From Cirrosporium novae-zelandiae (Eukaryota): 45,967 bases of DNA. This document shows positions 33,331 through 45,063 of this stretch, in pieces (position 1 is the stretch's first letter; each line of letters begins with the position of its first letter). The stretch spans positions 1 to 45,967 of the forward strand of contig JAPETS010000080.1 in assembly GCA_026023565.1 (NCBI GenBank). The letters run 5' to 3'. Below the pieces are notes generated by a model. That model had not been told where the DNA came from, searched no databases, and worked only from the letters and a program-made list of their open reading frames with translations. Position numbers and translations under genes: made by a program.

Positions 33331-36041
33331 CCTAAACCTATCCACCCCATCCACCCCATCCACCTAATCCCACTATCTGTCTATCTATCTATCTAAGTAA
33401 AGTGTACACTGTAAAAACTAATGACTTCCATTCATCCCACTTCTCACTTCTTGTCCCACATGCTCCATCCATCCCATGGTCTCATACCCATGGCCCCATG
33501 GCCCCATGGATCCCTCCTTCTCCTTCCTCCTTATCCACTTTTGGTAATAAAAAATAAAATAGTTCCAGCCCATCTGTTCGCTTCATCGTTACTGTTGGAG
33601 ATTTGAACTAAATTTGCCCTGGATCTTCCATCTCTAAAGATTGGTTAATTAATTCTGCTGTGTCATGTACCTTGTTATTCGACCTGGAATACCCGACTTT
33701 ATCCCCTCCACCCCGGTGAAGCCACGCCGCCCGCGAGATGCAGATGCCCTTCCCATATGCCGATGGATTAATCAGGTTAAGGATGGCTAAATTGCTGGAT
33801 CTGCTCGGCCTGCAATCTATCGGTAAAAAAATGGGTTCGAGAGATTATATCTCTGACGATGATCTGCAGCTTTCCCCGAGTAAACTAGTTTGGAAGGTAC
33901 ACTGTAGCAAAGTAAAAAGACAGGTCGTAGGTTTCATATTCCCGGTCACAGGGTCGGTCCGCTTCTCCCACCGCTGCTTGAAATCCTGATGGAAATCCGA
34001 ACAATCATCCACCATCACCCACCATCACGAAAGATGGCGGAGAAACAGAACGAGGCTGGGGTCAAGTGCCGAATTACGGAGTACCCCAAGAGGGAAATCC
34101 ACAACACGAACGATCCAATCCTACTGCGTCATTGACCACCAAAAGGATTTGGTGGCTCTCTGGTGGGCGTTTGATGTTCGCACCTGTTATGTCAATCGTT
34201 GAACGAGTTTGAGGGATAACCCTGGGAGATTTTCTAGCTATATATTTGACCATGGAACTTTGGAAGGATGAAGTTTGTTTGGCTGAGGCTTCAAAGTTCC
34301 AGCTGGAAGCATCAAGAGGCGAAAGTTGAACTTTTCCAGAACAAGGCTGTCGTGCCGCCGAACTCTTGGGATTCGTTGGAACATAAGGCTCGGTTGACGG
34401 TAAGCGGGAGGAGATCGAAGTCTGATAACAATTTAGAGGACCTGTCATCTTATGACCCTTGACCCCTTGTCCCCTTGTTAATTATAACTTTATATGCTTT
34501 GCGTCGGTTTGACAAGCACACACACCCACACACACGACCATGTGCAGGGAAAAATTTAGTGAAGCGCTAGACTGTGTCATGGATGATGGAAAAGACGAGA
34601 AAGAGCGAAAAGAGGGTAGCAAAATGCAGCCATCAGAAAGTTAATCCAGCTTTTTCTTCTTTTCGTTTTTGAAGAGGTTGTTGTTGTTGTTGTTGTTGTT
34701 GTTGCTGTTAATTGTTCCTCAATGTTTCCTATTGTCTAATGATCAAGTAGTCTATACGGTCAAGAAATAACAGGTAGCCGTGATCATCACCTAAAAGACT
34801 AGACTCGGACCTAAGAAATCCATCTACACCGCTTCAGTCGCATCTGCACAGGTTTGATTGTCTTTTTTTTTTTTTTTTAAATCTGAGATGATTATTTGTA
34901 GCTAAGTAGCTAAGTAGCTAGGTAGCTAGATAGCTAGGTAGCTTTTAGTACAGTTGGATGATGATGAAGAATGGGATTTGAAGTTGTGGGGATGTTTGGC
35001 GGAGAGAATCAAGGCACGATACTGAATTTGGGGGGTTTATCGGGTTATAGATACATGGATGGAATACATGGAATACATGGAATACATGAGATACATGGAG
35101 ATACATGCAAGTATAATTACGGGTATTTGCTGTGCTTGCAGGACGGCAACGTGTATATCAAGGGTTTTTTCTTCACTTGGAACTACTTGGGAAGTATCCC
35201 GCAATTATCCGACATGCAATTTGTGCTTATTCTTGTTTTTGTGTGTTTTATGTTATGTTTTTTTTTTAATTGAATGGTATTTTGATAGACCGACTCTGTA
35301 GGTAAAACAAGGTAAAACAAGGTAATTATCCATTGTCCAAGGAAAATCTTCACTTTTCATAATTGATAATTGTGACTTTGTGACTTTGTGACTTGTTCTT
35401 TAATGTTTTAAACAGAGCCAATTGTTTCCAAGTTGCGGTGACCTCACCGCTTTTGCCTTTTTGGATCCAGGTATCAAATGTATTGAATGTATTGAATGTA
35501 TTGAATATATCAAATGTATCAAATGTATCAATCAATCAATCAATCAGTCAATCGGTCAATCAATTAATGTATCAACGAATTTCATGAACATGATCAAAAA
35601 ATGGAAGATAGAACCCTCTCGATCGTTGATTGTTGATTGATTCCCTGGTTGACTCCATCTGCTTGCCAAACACCACCATCAGATCACACAAGAGATGACA
35701 CAGACCACTCACTGCCCAAACTCCAGCCCCCAGTCTACCAGCCTACCAGTCTACCAGTCTTCAATCTGCCTTGCAACAAACATTCCCCCCCCCCCCCCCC
35801 CCCCCCCCCAAAATCCCAAATCCCAAATCCAAAAAAGAAAAAAATCCTTCCATCCACTTTTTTGCCAGTAACAGCTTGATGGTTGACGTGGCCAGAGGGA
35901 AATCAGACAGCTTTAGTTTTATTTTATTTTTGTCCAGGTTTGCTCAGCTGTAATTAATTATTTTTTTTTAAATTATCCTGGTTGGCCGATCATGGTTCGT
36001 CATTTCTGTACTTAGTCTTGCTACCTTTAGCCCTTAGGTAC

Positions 36042-36113
36042 AACTATCAGAACTATCAGAACTATCAGAATTATCAGAACTATCAGAACTATCAGAACTA
36101 TCAGAACCATCAG
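36042..36113 (+). repeat. (AACTATCAG)n 9-bp minisatellite
   Basis: About 8 direct copies, two with single substitutions. Confidence 0.9.
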
Positions 36114-37216
36114 ACTATCGCCCAGACTAACCATACATTATCGTTAGTTTAAAAAAATGTCCCTTGTTAGAAACAAAGAAAAAAAAAGAAATTTCTTCTT
36201 TCTTTTTTGAGTCCTTTTTTTACACCCACATTGTGCCATATTAGCCATTTTTTTAGTTAGTTGCTTTAGCTGTGTCCATGAACCACGGCCCAAGCTTGAT
36301 GGGGCTTTGGGGCTTTTTCGTAGGATAATAATAAATTCATTAATACTTTACTCTATATGGCACAGCTGTAGTCTATTAACCCAGTGACCATGATTCAAAG
36401 TGGGGTCGAAGGGTCCTAAAGGTAAAGTACTTGCCTACTACTTACTTACTTACTGACTATACTAATTAAATTAATCCTTCTCATTGATTCCGAAGAGTTG
36501 GTTTGTGTGTGCTTTGTGTATTTTATGTACATGTATTCTGTATTATGCAGGTATTTAACCATATCCGATGTATTTATGTTATCCATGTTTATACGACTAG
36601 GATGGGCTGTTCCTTCAAAGGGCCCCAAAACCAGGCAACAGTCAAGTCATAAACCACCAAGTTTAAAAAAAAATAAAATAAAATAATAAATCAAGTAAAT
36701 AATAATTGTCTATTGGTTACTAAAAACCTATATCATGACTAGTGAATTAGTGAATGGAAAAAAAAACCAAAAAAGAAAGATATTCAGGATGAATGGAATG
36801 GTGTGCCTACAATCTGGTCCCCTCTCTTGAACAAGTCCCCGCTTTAAAAAAAAAAAAAGAGCTTTTAGGGAGAGCTTTACTGTAGTCTGGAGGAGCTTTA
36901 GAAGTTAGAAGTTAGAGAGCCCTGGAGCCCTGGAGCCCTGGAGCCCTGGAGGTCTTGGGGCCCATCATAATTCTTCCCAATCCCTACCCATACCTAGACC
37001 CATACCCCTACACTCTACACCAACCAAGTTACCATTAATTACTTACCATCACCAACCTACGAAGGTTACCACCCTACCTTACCATACATACACTACATAA
37101 CATACCTTACCTTACCGACCGACCAACCTACACACCCAACCCAACCCAACCCCTACCCTTGCCCTTACTTACAGTACCCGAAGGTCGTCCCTCCCTACTG
37201 TACCTACCGACCAACG

Positions 37217-37252
<36 letters not shown>
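37217..37252. repeat. ~36-nt poly-C/poly-G tract
   Basis: Homopolymer about 0.8 kb upstream of the Myb gene; a second poly-C run lies at about 35785-35809. Confidence 0.9.
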
Positions 37253-38014
37253 ACTAACCAACCAAATCTACCAAGCACCACCCTAACAATAACTAATTCA
37301 TAATAATAACAAGAAAATCAAATAAAAATAAAATAACAACAAAATTACCAAAATACACAAAAAAAAACAAAATCAAACCATGGTTCAAAGTAGTATGGAC
37401 ACTTAATCGACTTACACACGCATGACACGACTGTGGCGCTAAGCTTTGGCAATCAACCTTACCAGGATAACCCCAATTGAAAAAAAAAAAAAGAACCAGG
37501 TCCTTCTTTTGCCGTCATACGTCTCTTCTGTGCGTCGGCAGCTTGCGAGGATAGGCGTTTGAAAAAAAAGCCCTTCTTTTTTTTATGTGTGGCAGCTGTC
37601 GCTGTCAGCCATCCGCCGTTGGCGAACGTGATCTTGAAATCACTATTGTTCTTCTCCCTTTCAATTGGTTCCTAGTACTCTATCATCTGGCCATTGGTGG
37701 ATTGTTCGGGGATACCTTTTGCACCGCCATTCCACCCACCCAACTCCCCATTAGATTTATTTAGACTGCCATACCCAAAGCTCGGTGTGGAACACGTAAA
37801 TCTATCGAAACAGCTCGTGCGTCGTGCAACTGAAAAAAGATCCTCAGCCCTGTAGAATTGAAGAAAAATTTCCCGACCAGCAAGCCACAGTCTTTCGTCA
37901 ATCCTGCCCTCAAGAAAACAGAAACCAGAAGAAGAAAAAAACGTCCTTGTTCCAAAAAGAAACCTTGTTGCTCTCGTGGACTGTTCGTCTTTTTGGACAG
38001 GAATCGCCGCCTAT

Positions 38015-38873
38015 ATGCTTTGCCACTGTGTCCCGAGACCAGTACCCTCCGCCAAAGTGGAGATCTCACGTCTGTTAAAGCAAGAAGATGATGTCGTTCA
38101 GTCGGATCTGTCGAGACCCAACTCGGTCCCTGCCACTACGATAACATCAGCCTCCACCATCGCCACACCTTCTTCCACCTCCTCGTCAATTCCACCATCC
38201 GCCCTTCCAGCAAAACGGGGACAACCACCTCATTCACAGGAATCCCCGGCCAAGAAGCAGTCCAAGTGGTCTCCTGAGGAGGATGCCATCATCATTGAGC
38301 TGAGGGGGAGGGGGATGAAGTGGGACGACATCAGCAAGAGCCTGCCGGGTCGGAGTGCTATCAGCTGCCGACTGCACTACCAGAATTATCTTGAGAGACG
38401 AAGTGAATGGGACGAGGAGAGGAAGAATAAGCTAGCGAGGTTGTACGAAAGGTGAGGGCCCGTTCCTTTGCGCAATATCACCAGAATGGCTCGACCTGAC
38501 AGAGCAAAAAAATTACAGATTCAAACAAGAAATGTGGCAAAAGGTGGCCGAGGAAATGTCTTGCCCCTGGCGAGCCGCAGAAGCGATGCACTGGCAGCTA
38601 GGAGAGCAGGAGATGGCTCGCAGGGCTGGCAACTTCAAACCTTTTTCCTTGACGAGCCCCTCGGGGGATGCTTCAGCCAGGGGACGGAGAGGGAGTGCAG
38701 CGAGTTCACGAACAAATCGAAATTCAATCTCCCAAGGAATACCTCCCCAGCTTCCGTCGGTTGCGGAAATCACTGCTGGACTACCCGCTTACGCTCCACC
38801 GTATGGTCCTCCTCTTGAATCCCCGAGGCCGCCTCCAAGTTCCTTTGAAGATTTGACGAGGCATCGAAAATGA
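38015..38873 (+). CDS. Myb/SANT DNA-binding transcription factor; 2 exons; start codon uncertain
   Basis: KKQSKWSPEEDAIIIELRGRGMKWDDISKSLPGRSAISCRLHYQNYLERRSEWDEERKNKLARLYER|FKQEMWQKVAEEMSCPWRAAEAMHWQLG, a conserved Pezizomycotina Myb family. Intron 38452-38518. First in-frame ATG at 38015; GTG in strong context at 38057. Confidence 0.9.
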
Positions 38874-39120
38874 AAGGAAAGTGTACGTTTTATGGATATG
38901 GACCCTGTGCATTGCATTTAGCGTTTGTGGAGTTGCATCGAAAGGGAGGGAAGAAACCATATCAAGAACCCACGTATGGGTGGCTACCGGGCAGTGTGCT
39001 TTTTTGATATTTTTTTTGATGACTTATACCAAGCATATGTTGAGATGATCGGATACGATAGTCCGAGGTTATGGTTTATGGCTCATGGTTATGGAATAAA
39101 ACTGGATGAAACTTTCAAAT

Positions 39121-39943
39121 TCAAGCAGAGGCTTTTTTGCCCATAATTGCCCACCAGTTATCCTTTTCATATCCTGATTCTAGAATTACCCCGCCTGCCT
39201 TGGTAATATCACTTTCCAGCTCACCGGACTCATAGAGGTGGTAATACCGGTAATACGTTGTAGGTATATCCCCGGCATTCTCTTTGGATTTATTCTTCAT
39301 AACCCAGGGGACCATGACATCTTGATCATCACCCTTGTCCCACCCACGACGGCTATCTTTTTGCTCTAGAGCCCAGACGTAAATGAGGGCTTTCCCGGAA
39401 TGGTTTAATGTGGCAAGTATAGAAGTTAATGCTTCAATCCTCCTCGAAGGATTGGATAAATGATGTATCACGGCAATTGAAATAGCAAAATCGAACCTAT
39501 CTTGGGGATGAGGCAGCTGTAGTGTGTCTGCTACAACAGAGACATGAGGCTGATGCTGTGATGCAATCTTCACGAGTGATGATGATCTGTCCACATGGTT
39601 ATTTAATGAGTCTTGCATGTTAACGTCCAGTGATAATGACCTATCTGAAGCAATAATGAAGACTTTGGGGTTGACGGCAAGATATTTTCCATTGCCACAA
39701 CCAACATCAAGACCGATTGAACCATCAGGAAGATGATTCAAGAAATGTTCAACAATGGGCCATGGCTTTTTTCTCCAGTTAGTTTTGATAGTATCCAAAA
39801 GAAACAACTGTAGTAAAAAAAAGATATAGTAATTAAGAAAGTCGGACCTTGTAGCGAGTGGAGGAGAAATGTTGGGCAATTTGTTCATATACCCGATGGA
39901 CATGCTCTTCCTCATAAGCTACGGTGCCTCGTGTGAGGTCCAT
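39121..39943 (-). CDS. TRM9: tRNA (carboxymethyluridine(34)-5-O)-methyltransferase, Trm9-like; 3 exons
   Basis: YEEEHVHRVYEQIAQHFSSTRYK|PWP, SAM motif GLDVGCGNGKYL, FDFAISIAVIHHLS, LIYVWALEQ, QDVMVPW, RYYHLY and DNWW. Introns 39847-39766 and 39640-39587. Confidence 0.93.
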
Positions 39944-40537
39944 ATTAACAGTTTGATGAAGGAATAAAGGAATAACTTGAAACTTGATTTGGAGGAAGAT
40001 GAATGGTGAATGGTGAATGGTATAATTGTTGTTGAATTTTCTTGAATACTACTAATTCCTTGAATGGCAACTTTTCACGACTTGAAAACTCGCTTGTCGT
40101 TTAAACCTGAAATTTTCAAACTCGTCGGAGCATCGTCATCATCCTTTCATCCCCATTCTTCACCTTTATTCCTCACTCTTCATCCTTCACCATCCATAAC
40201 TTGTCTCTAGTATAACAGCAATATATTATTCCCATTAGCTTTTTTCCCACGGATCAAAATCTCTTTCATCTTGTTCTAGTGTTCTTGCATCGGTCTTTTT
40301 CTCATTTAATGGTCAATCCCTCTTTGATCTTATTCTATGGTCCGCATCCGGAATCCTCATTATTCTTTCCTTTGATTTCGATGGACAATAAGCATTTCCA
40401 GGGTTACAAGATGCCGTCTTGTATTAATCCAAAGCTAGTATATACTTTTGGCAGGCACCGTCTTCCAAAAACCCCCATATTTACCTTTAGTAATATATGT
40501 AACATTACTCTTCAAGGCGTCCGCTCACAACAGGAGA

Positions 40538-42534
40538 ATGGCAAAACTAGCCCCAAAAGATATAGATGCTCGCAATAAACAGCGTAATAGAGAGGTACTA
40601 GAGCCCCCATAGTTTCTCTATGGCGGTTGATACTGTCTAACGGTGATTATAGCTCGCAAAGATTCCGTCGGATTGGCCCGATGGTTTGGGATCCATGCCT
40701 TTGAATTATAAGAATGCTGCTCTTCTAGTATTGCTGCATATACCGAAACTTGTTTATTTCTTTACCTATCTTCGTCATGCCAACTGTCCTGGAACTGGCT
40801 GCTTGTTCTGCCGAACTCGGGAACTCTGCCGGGACTACCATTCTAGCAGTCTCATAGCTTCCCGTGGTAGCTTTCGAAAATTTCACGACGCAACTAAAGG
40901 TGCGTGGGAAACCCTGTTCTTGTGTTAAACCAAGCCCTCATCTTCTTTCAGGCCCAACTCCAAAGATAGCTGATACAGGAAGAGACGCTATAAGTTTTCT
41001 TCAGAGGTTACTGGAAAACATACACGGCCAATTGAGCGACCAAATAGCGATTTGTGATTCCGATAGTGATGACAGCGATAGCGTATTGTAGTAAGTGCGC
41101 TCGGCCCCACTGTCTTTAATGTCTACTAAATCCGAATGCAGTATTATAGATATGTTGAAACATATCTATCAATCTTCGATTCGAGTATATCCGACCCCCG
41201 CCAAAGAAAAACGCGAGGGGAGCCAAGATCTACAAACATGTCATCACTGTAAAAATGTCTACCCTCCAGAAGTTGATTTATCGGATTTGTTTTCTATTCA
41301 ACTCTTCCCTGATCCCTTGCGAACTGATAAAGCGCCCCGAGGGTCCCTTGGTGAATATATCGACATTAGAAATTTGATGTATTCCGAATTCACCAATGGC
41401 TTCCTTCCTAATGTGCCATGCCCTAGTTGTTCGAAGACCGCAGGTCCAATACAAGTCTATAACCAGAAAACATGTTTTCTTAAAGCCCCAGAAGTCCTAT
41501 TCATCCAGATCAAGTATCCCACTGATAGTTTTCAAGGGCGGAAGGATTATACTATCCAGTATCCCGATACACTTGATCTTACCCGGTTTACTGAGAAGAG
41601 CGCTGATAAAACTGCTACTTATCGTTCCTTAGGAGTGGTAAAACATGGCAGAACAGGGAGAAAAGCTCTATCCCATATAGTTCGATTAAGAGCCCCCAAG
41701 TCTAAGGGTTTTATCCACTTTAACAAGTCGAATATTGAGGGAACTTACGACCAAGGGGACACAGGAATGACGGATTTCATACCTTGTCTTATTTTGTATA
41801 GGAAGATGAGAAACCGTGAAAAAGAATATTTACTTGACATTTTCACTCAACCCTCGTCCACTGAGGTCATGCCAAGTGACAGTCTAAGAGTAATGAAATC
41901 TAGTCCTATACCAGGAGCATTACAATCCAGTTGTATACCAGAAATGGAAGCGGTCCAAACCGAGAAAACCAAAGGTCCAATACCAGCGAGCACGCCTGCA
42001 GATCATCTCCTACCTCCAACCAAGTCGATGCGTGACAGGCAAAGCTCGACTAATACCCCTACCACATTAGGTCAACCTATTCAAACAACGAAGTGGTCAT
42101 CGTTCACACGTCGAAACAAACCCAAACCCTTTCCACCGACCGTAACGAAGTCAGAAATACGTAGGAAAGCGTTTAAGAAAACGATTGGTCGATTGAAAAA
42201 CAGAGCAGAAGACGCAAATGTTTTAAGTGAAGCGATCATAAGTTCAGCAAGGAAGAATTATGAAGCAAAAGAAGCAGAAAAAAAAAGACAAATGAGAGCA
42301 AGGGAAGCAATGCAAGCAGAAAGAGAAGCAGAAGCAGCTAGCGTAGGAAGAGCAAAAAGAGCTGGAGCAGCAAAAGCAGAAATGACCAGGGGACAAGAAC
42401 TAGAACCACCGGTTTCAGGAACAACTCCACTACGTCCTCAATCACCCAATCTATCAGCAACAGATGAATCCCAAAAAATATCAGCGTCAGCGACAGTGTT
42501 ACTTCCTAAGGATCAAATCTACAGAAATGAAGTT
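40538..42534 (+). CDS. Degenerate (probably inactive) USP/peptidase C19-like domain plus low-complexity linker; 5' half of a tandem USP locus
   Basis: GLGSMPLNYKNAALLVLLHIP (Cys box lacking Cys), RDAISFLQRLL, CxxC pairs, KAPEVLFIQIK, IQYPDTLDL and YRSLGVVKHG...FIHFNKSNI (degenerate His box). In-frame introns 40595-40652, 40900-40951 and 41091-41141; donor GTAAGT at 42535. True start could lie further upstream. Confidence 0.65.
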
Positions 42535-42616
42535 GTAAGTTCATCCTTGTTCTTATGACTTGATACATGTAGGGCTAACTTTAAGATTTCAGGCTTCGCA
42601 GGTTCGTTCATGCTAG

Positions 42617-43891
42617 AACGATAAGATGTCTGATGGCAAACCAAGGAGATTGGTCGGACAGGGCATAAGACAAGAAGAACCGGATACATGCTATCAGAAT
42701 TCTACCCTCCAAGCATTGATGCATCTGCCCAAGTTTGTGAACTTTGTTGAGAACCATTGTCGAGGCAAAACAAAAGACTCAATTTGTAACAAAAAATGTT
42801 GCTGGCGAGTGTATACTCTGTGCACTCCGTCTAATATCGTATCATTATTGGGCCGACATAGAAGAAACAGAGATTCTAAAAACGGTTCGCAATTTTTGGG
42901 CTGCTGCTGCTAATGATAGCAAAGTCGACCTAGGTAGCGACATAATCGCACCAAAGTGGTTCCCGCTAAGTTCTAGGGATCCGGGGCACCAAGATGCTGG
43001 GGATTTCTTTAGATGGCTTATGGGTAGAATTGATGCAACTATGGGAGATATGCATCACTTGATCCAAATTGACGATTAGTATGTTTCATCCCGGCTCTTC
43101 TGTCTTAATATGAACGATAATACTAATTCTGTTGGGAATTTAGCTGTAGTAATATCATGAGCCACATTAGGGAGCTTTTCGTCAAGAGTTATTTTACTTG
43201 CCTTTCATGCAACCAGGGTCGCCTTTCTGATACTCCCAGTCCCTGGGCACCTGTGGTACTTTCTCCCCAACTTAATAAGGAAGACCCTGTTCACTTGTCA
43301 ACACTCATTGCAGGTTTCTTTGGAGTATACACTACGGATAGTAATAACCTTATAGAGTGCCCCGAATGTAAGAAGAAGACGGAAACTATGGTTCATAAAT
43401 ACGTGGAGCGATATCCTAGTATTCTTTCGTTTCAAATTCAGGACGAAATTCTGGATCAAACAAACGAGCCCTTAACGACGGAATTTCGAAATAAAAAAGT
43501 TATACTCCAGGACGAAATTTCCATCACACCCTACCAGCTGGAAGAATACCGAAAAAATGACGTGCGCTACCAATTAGCTGTTGTGATTCAACATACCGGG
43601 ACCATTCGCGCTGGGCATTATATCGCTCAAGTTAGAAGCCGAAACAATGATGGCTGGTACGAGATGAATGATAGTCATATACGGCCTATCAAAAATCCAG
43701 TCGATGAAGTTCTCCATCAAAATAATACAGGTGGGTTCGAGGCATATATGGTTTTCTATCAAAATATCCAAGAGATAGAGGACGAGGAGATGTCAGAGAA
43801 AAATAACAAAAAGCGCTTGGCGTTGGAAGAATCAAGCGATCAGCCACAGAGCAAACAGCTAAAGATAGACGAAGAACTCGACCCCAAATAA
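42617..43891 (+). CDS. Ubiquitin-specific protease (peptidase C19) domain with intact catalytic motifs, interrupted by a 1-nt frameshift at about 42791-42796
   Basis: Cys box DTCYQNSTLQALMH, HQDAGDFF, CPEC, His box YQLAVVIQHTGTIRAGHYIA...WYEMNDS...AYMVFY. Intron 43079-43143 is in frame. The reading frame switches at an A6 run. Confidence 0.8.
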
Positions 43892-45063
43892 AGCATATGT
43901 CCCTTGGCTGCTTTAATCACATGGTTCCTGAGGAGTGATTTTACTACTAACCCAGCAATGACGGTTTTTGAAACGGGTGTTTCTAAAGATGCGTATTAAA
44001 TGGATGGGCCATCCTAGACTAGCAAGAGGAAAGAAGTTAGAGAGGAAGAATGGATTCTGAATCTACCATAGCCAGACCATAAGTACGAGCAACTACAGCA
44101 GTCATTGTCGACCGGTGCCTCTCCGCTCAAACATTCAATTCCTCTCGTAATAGAGAGAGCTGGCTAATCTTCCTATAGTACTTGGTCACTAGGTTGAGAG
44201 CCACACACCCACAGCTATATGGTATGATTGATTGATTGATTAATTAAAACATTCCTATATAAAAAATACCCTATCTATCATAAACTAATCTAACAAAAGA
44301 AAAGAGAGATTCCTGAAAGGCTTGATAACCTTATACTAATTGATTTCCCGATATCATTATTTATCATAGATAGTCATATTTCCCTACTTGCTGCTGCTAT
44401 TACTGGTTAGTTGTTCACAGAATCCTACTTGCAAGAAGGAGAGGAGCAGAAATCAATTCCAGAAATGATTATAGTAGAGTATATAGATATCCATATCCAA
44501 GATACATTTATTTAATAGTAAAAATAAAAATCTAGCTCTTAGTCTACTGCTCCTTTAGAGATGTAAAACATGTAGATATTAATATTTAGACCACTAACGT
44601 AATCGAACCCACTCACCCATCCATCACTTACCTAACCCCCTCTCACTCCCGTTATGATAATTAGTCTATCCCAGACGGAACTGATATCCATCCCCCCTCT
44701 CCCTCTCCCATCTCCCTTCCACATTTCCATACTTCTATACACCCCCTCTTTCACACTTCCACACTTAAAATCAATACTCAATAACCAATAATCCAAAGTG
44801 CAAAATGTACAGTACAATACAAAGGAAATTGAAAGTCAAGGCCATTACCGGGGGGGGGGGGGGGGAAGTTTGTTAAGGAAAGAAGGGTAAAGAAAGGAAG
44901 GGAGAGGGGAAGAATAATGGGGTTGGAGCTGGAGATGGTGTTTTTTGGGTGGTGTTGGTGGATATGGTGGACATGTATATATATACATGCAAATAGCCAG
45001 CTAATCCCCCAATAAACCCCCAATAACCCCCCACTCCCCTTAACCTGACCAACCAAACCTATC

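Noticed and set aside
38015..38873. Naming the Myb gene flbD
   Set aside because: The repeat sequence does not match my recollection of FlbD-type R2R3 Myb proteins; it belongs to a different fungal Myb family, so no symbol is given.
44070..44190. 5S rRNA-like words (GACCATA, TCCGCTCA)
   Set aside because: Spacing and the remaining sequence do not fit 5S rRNA.
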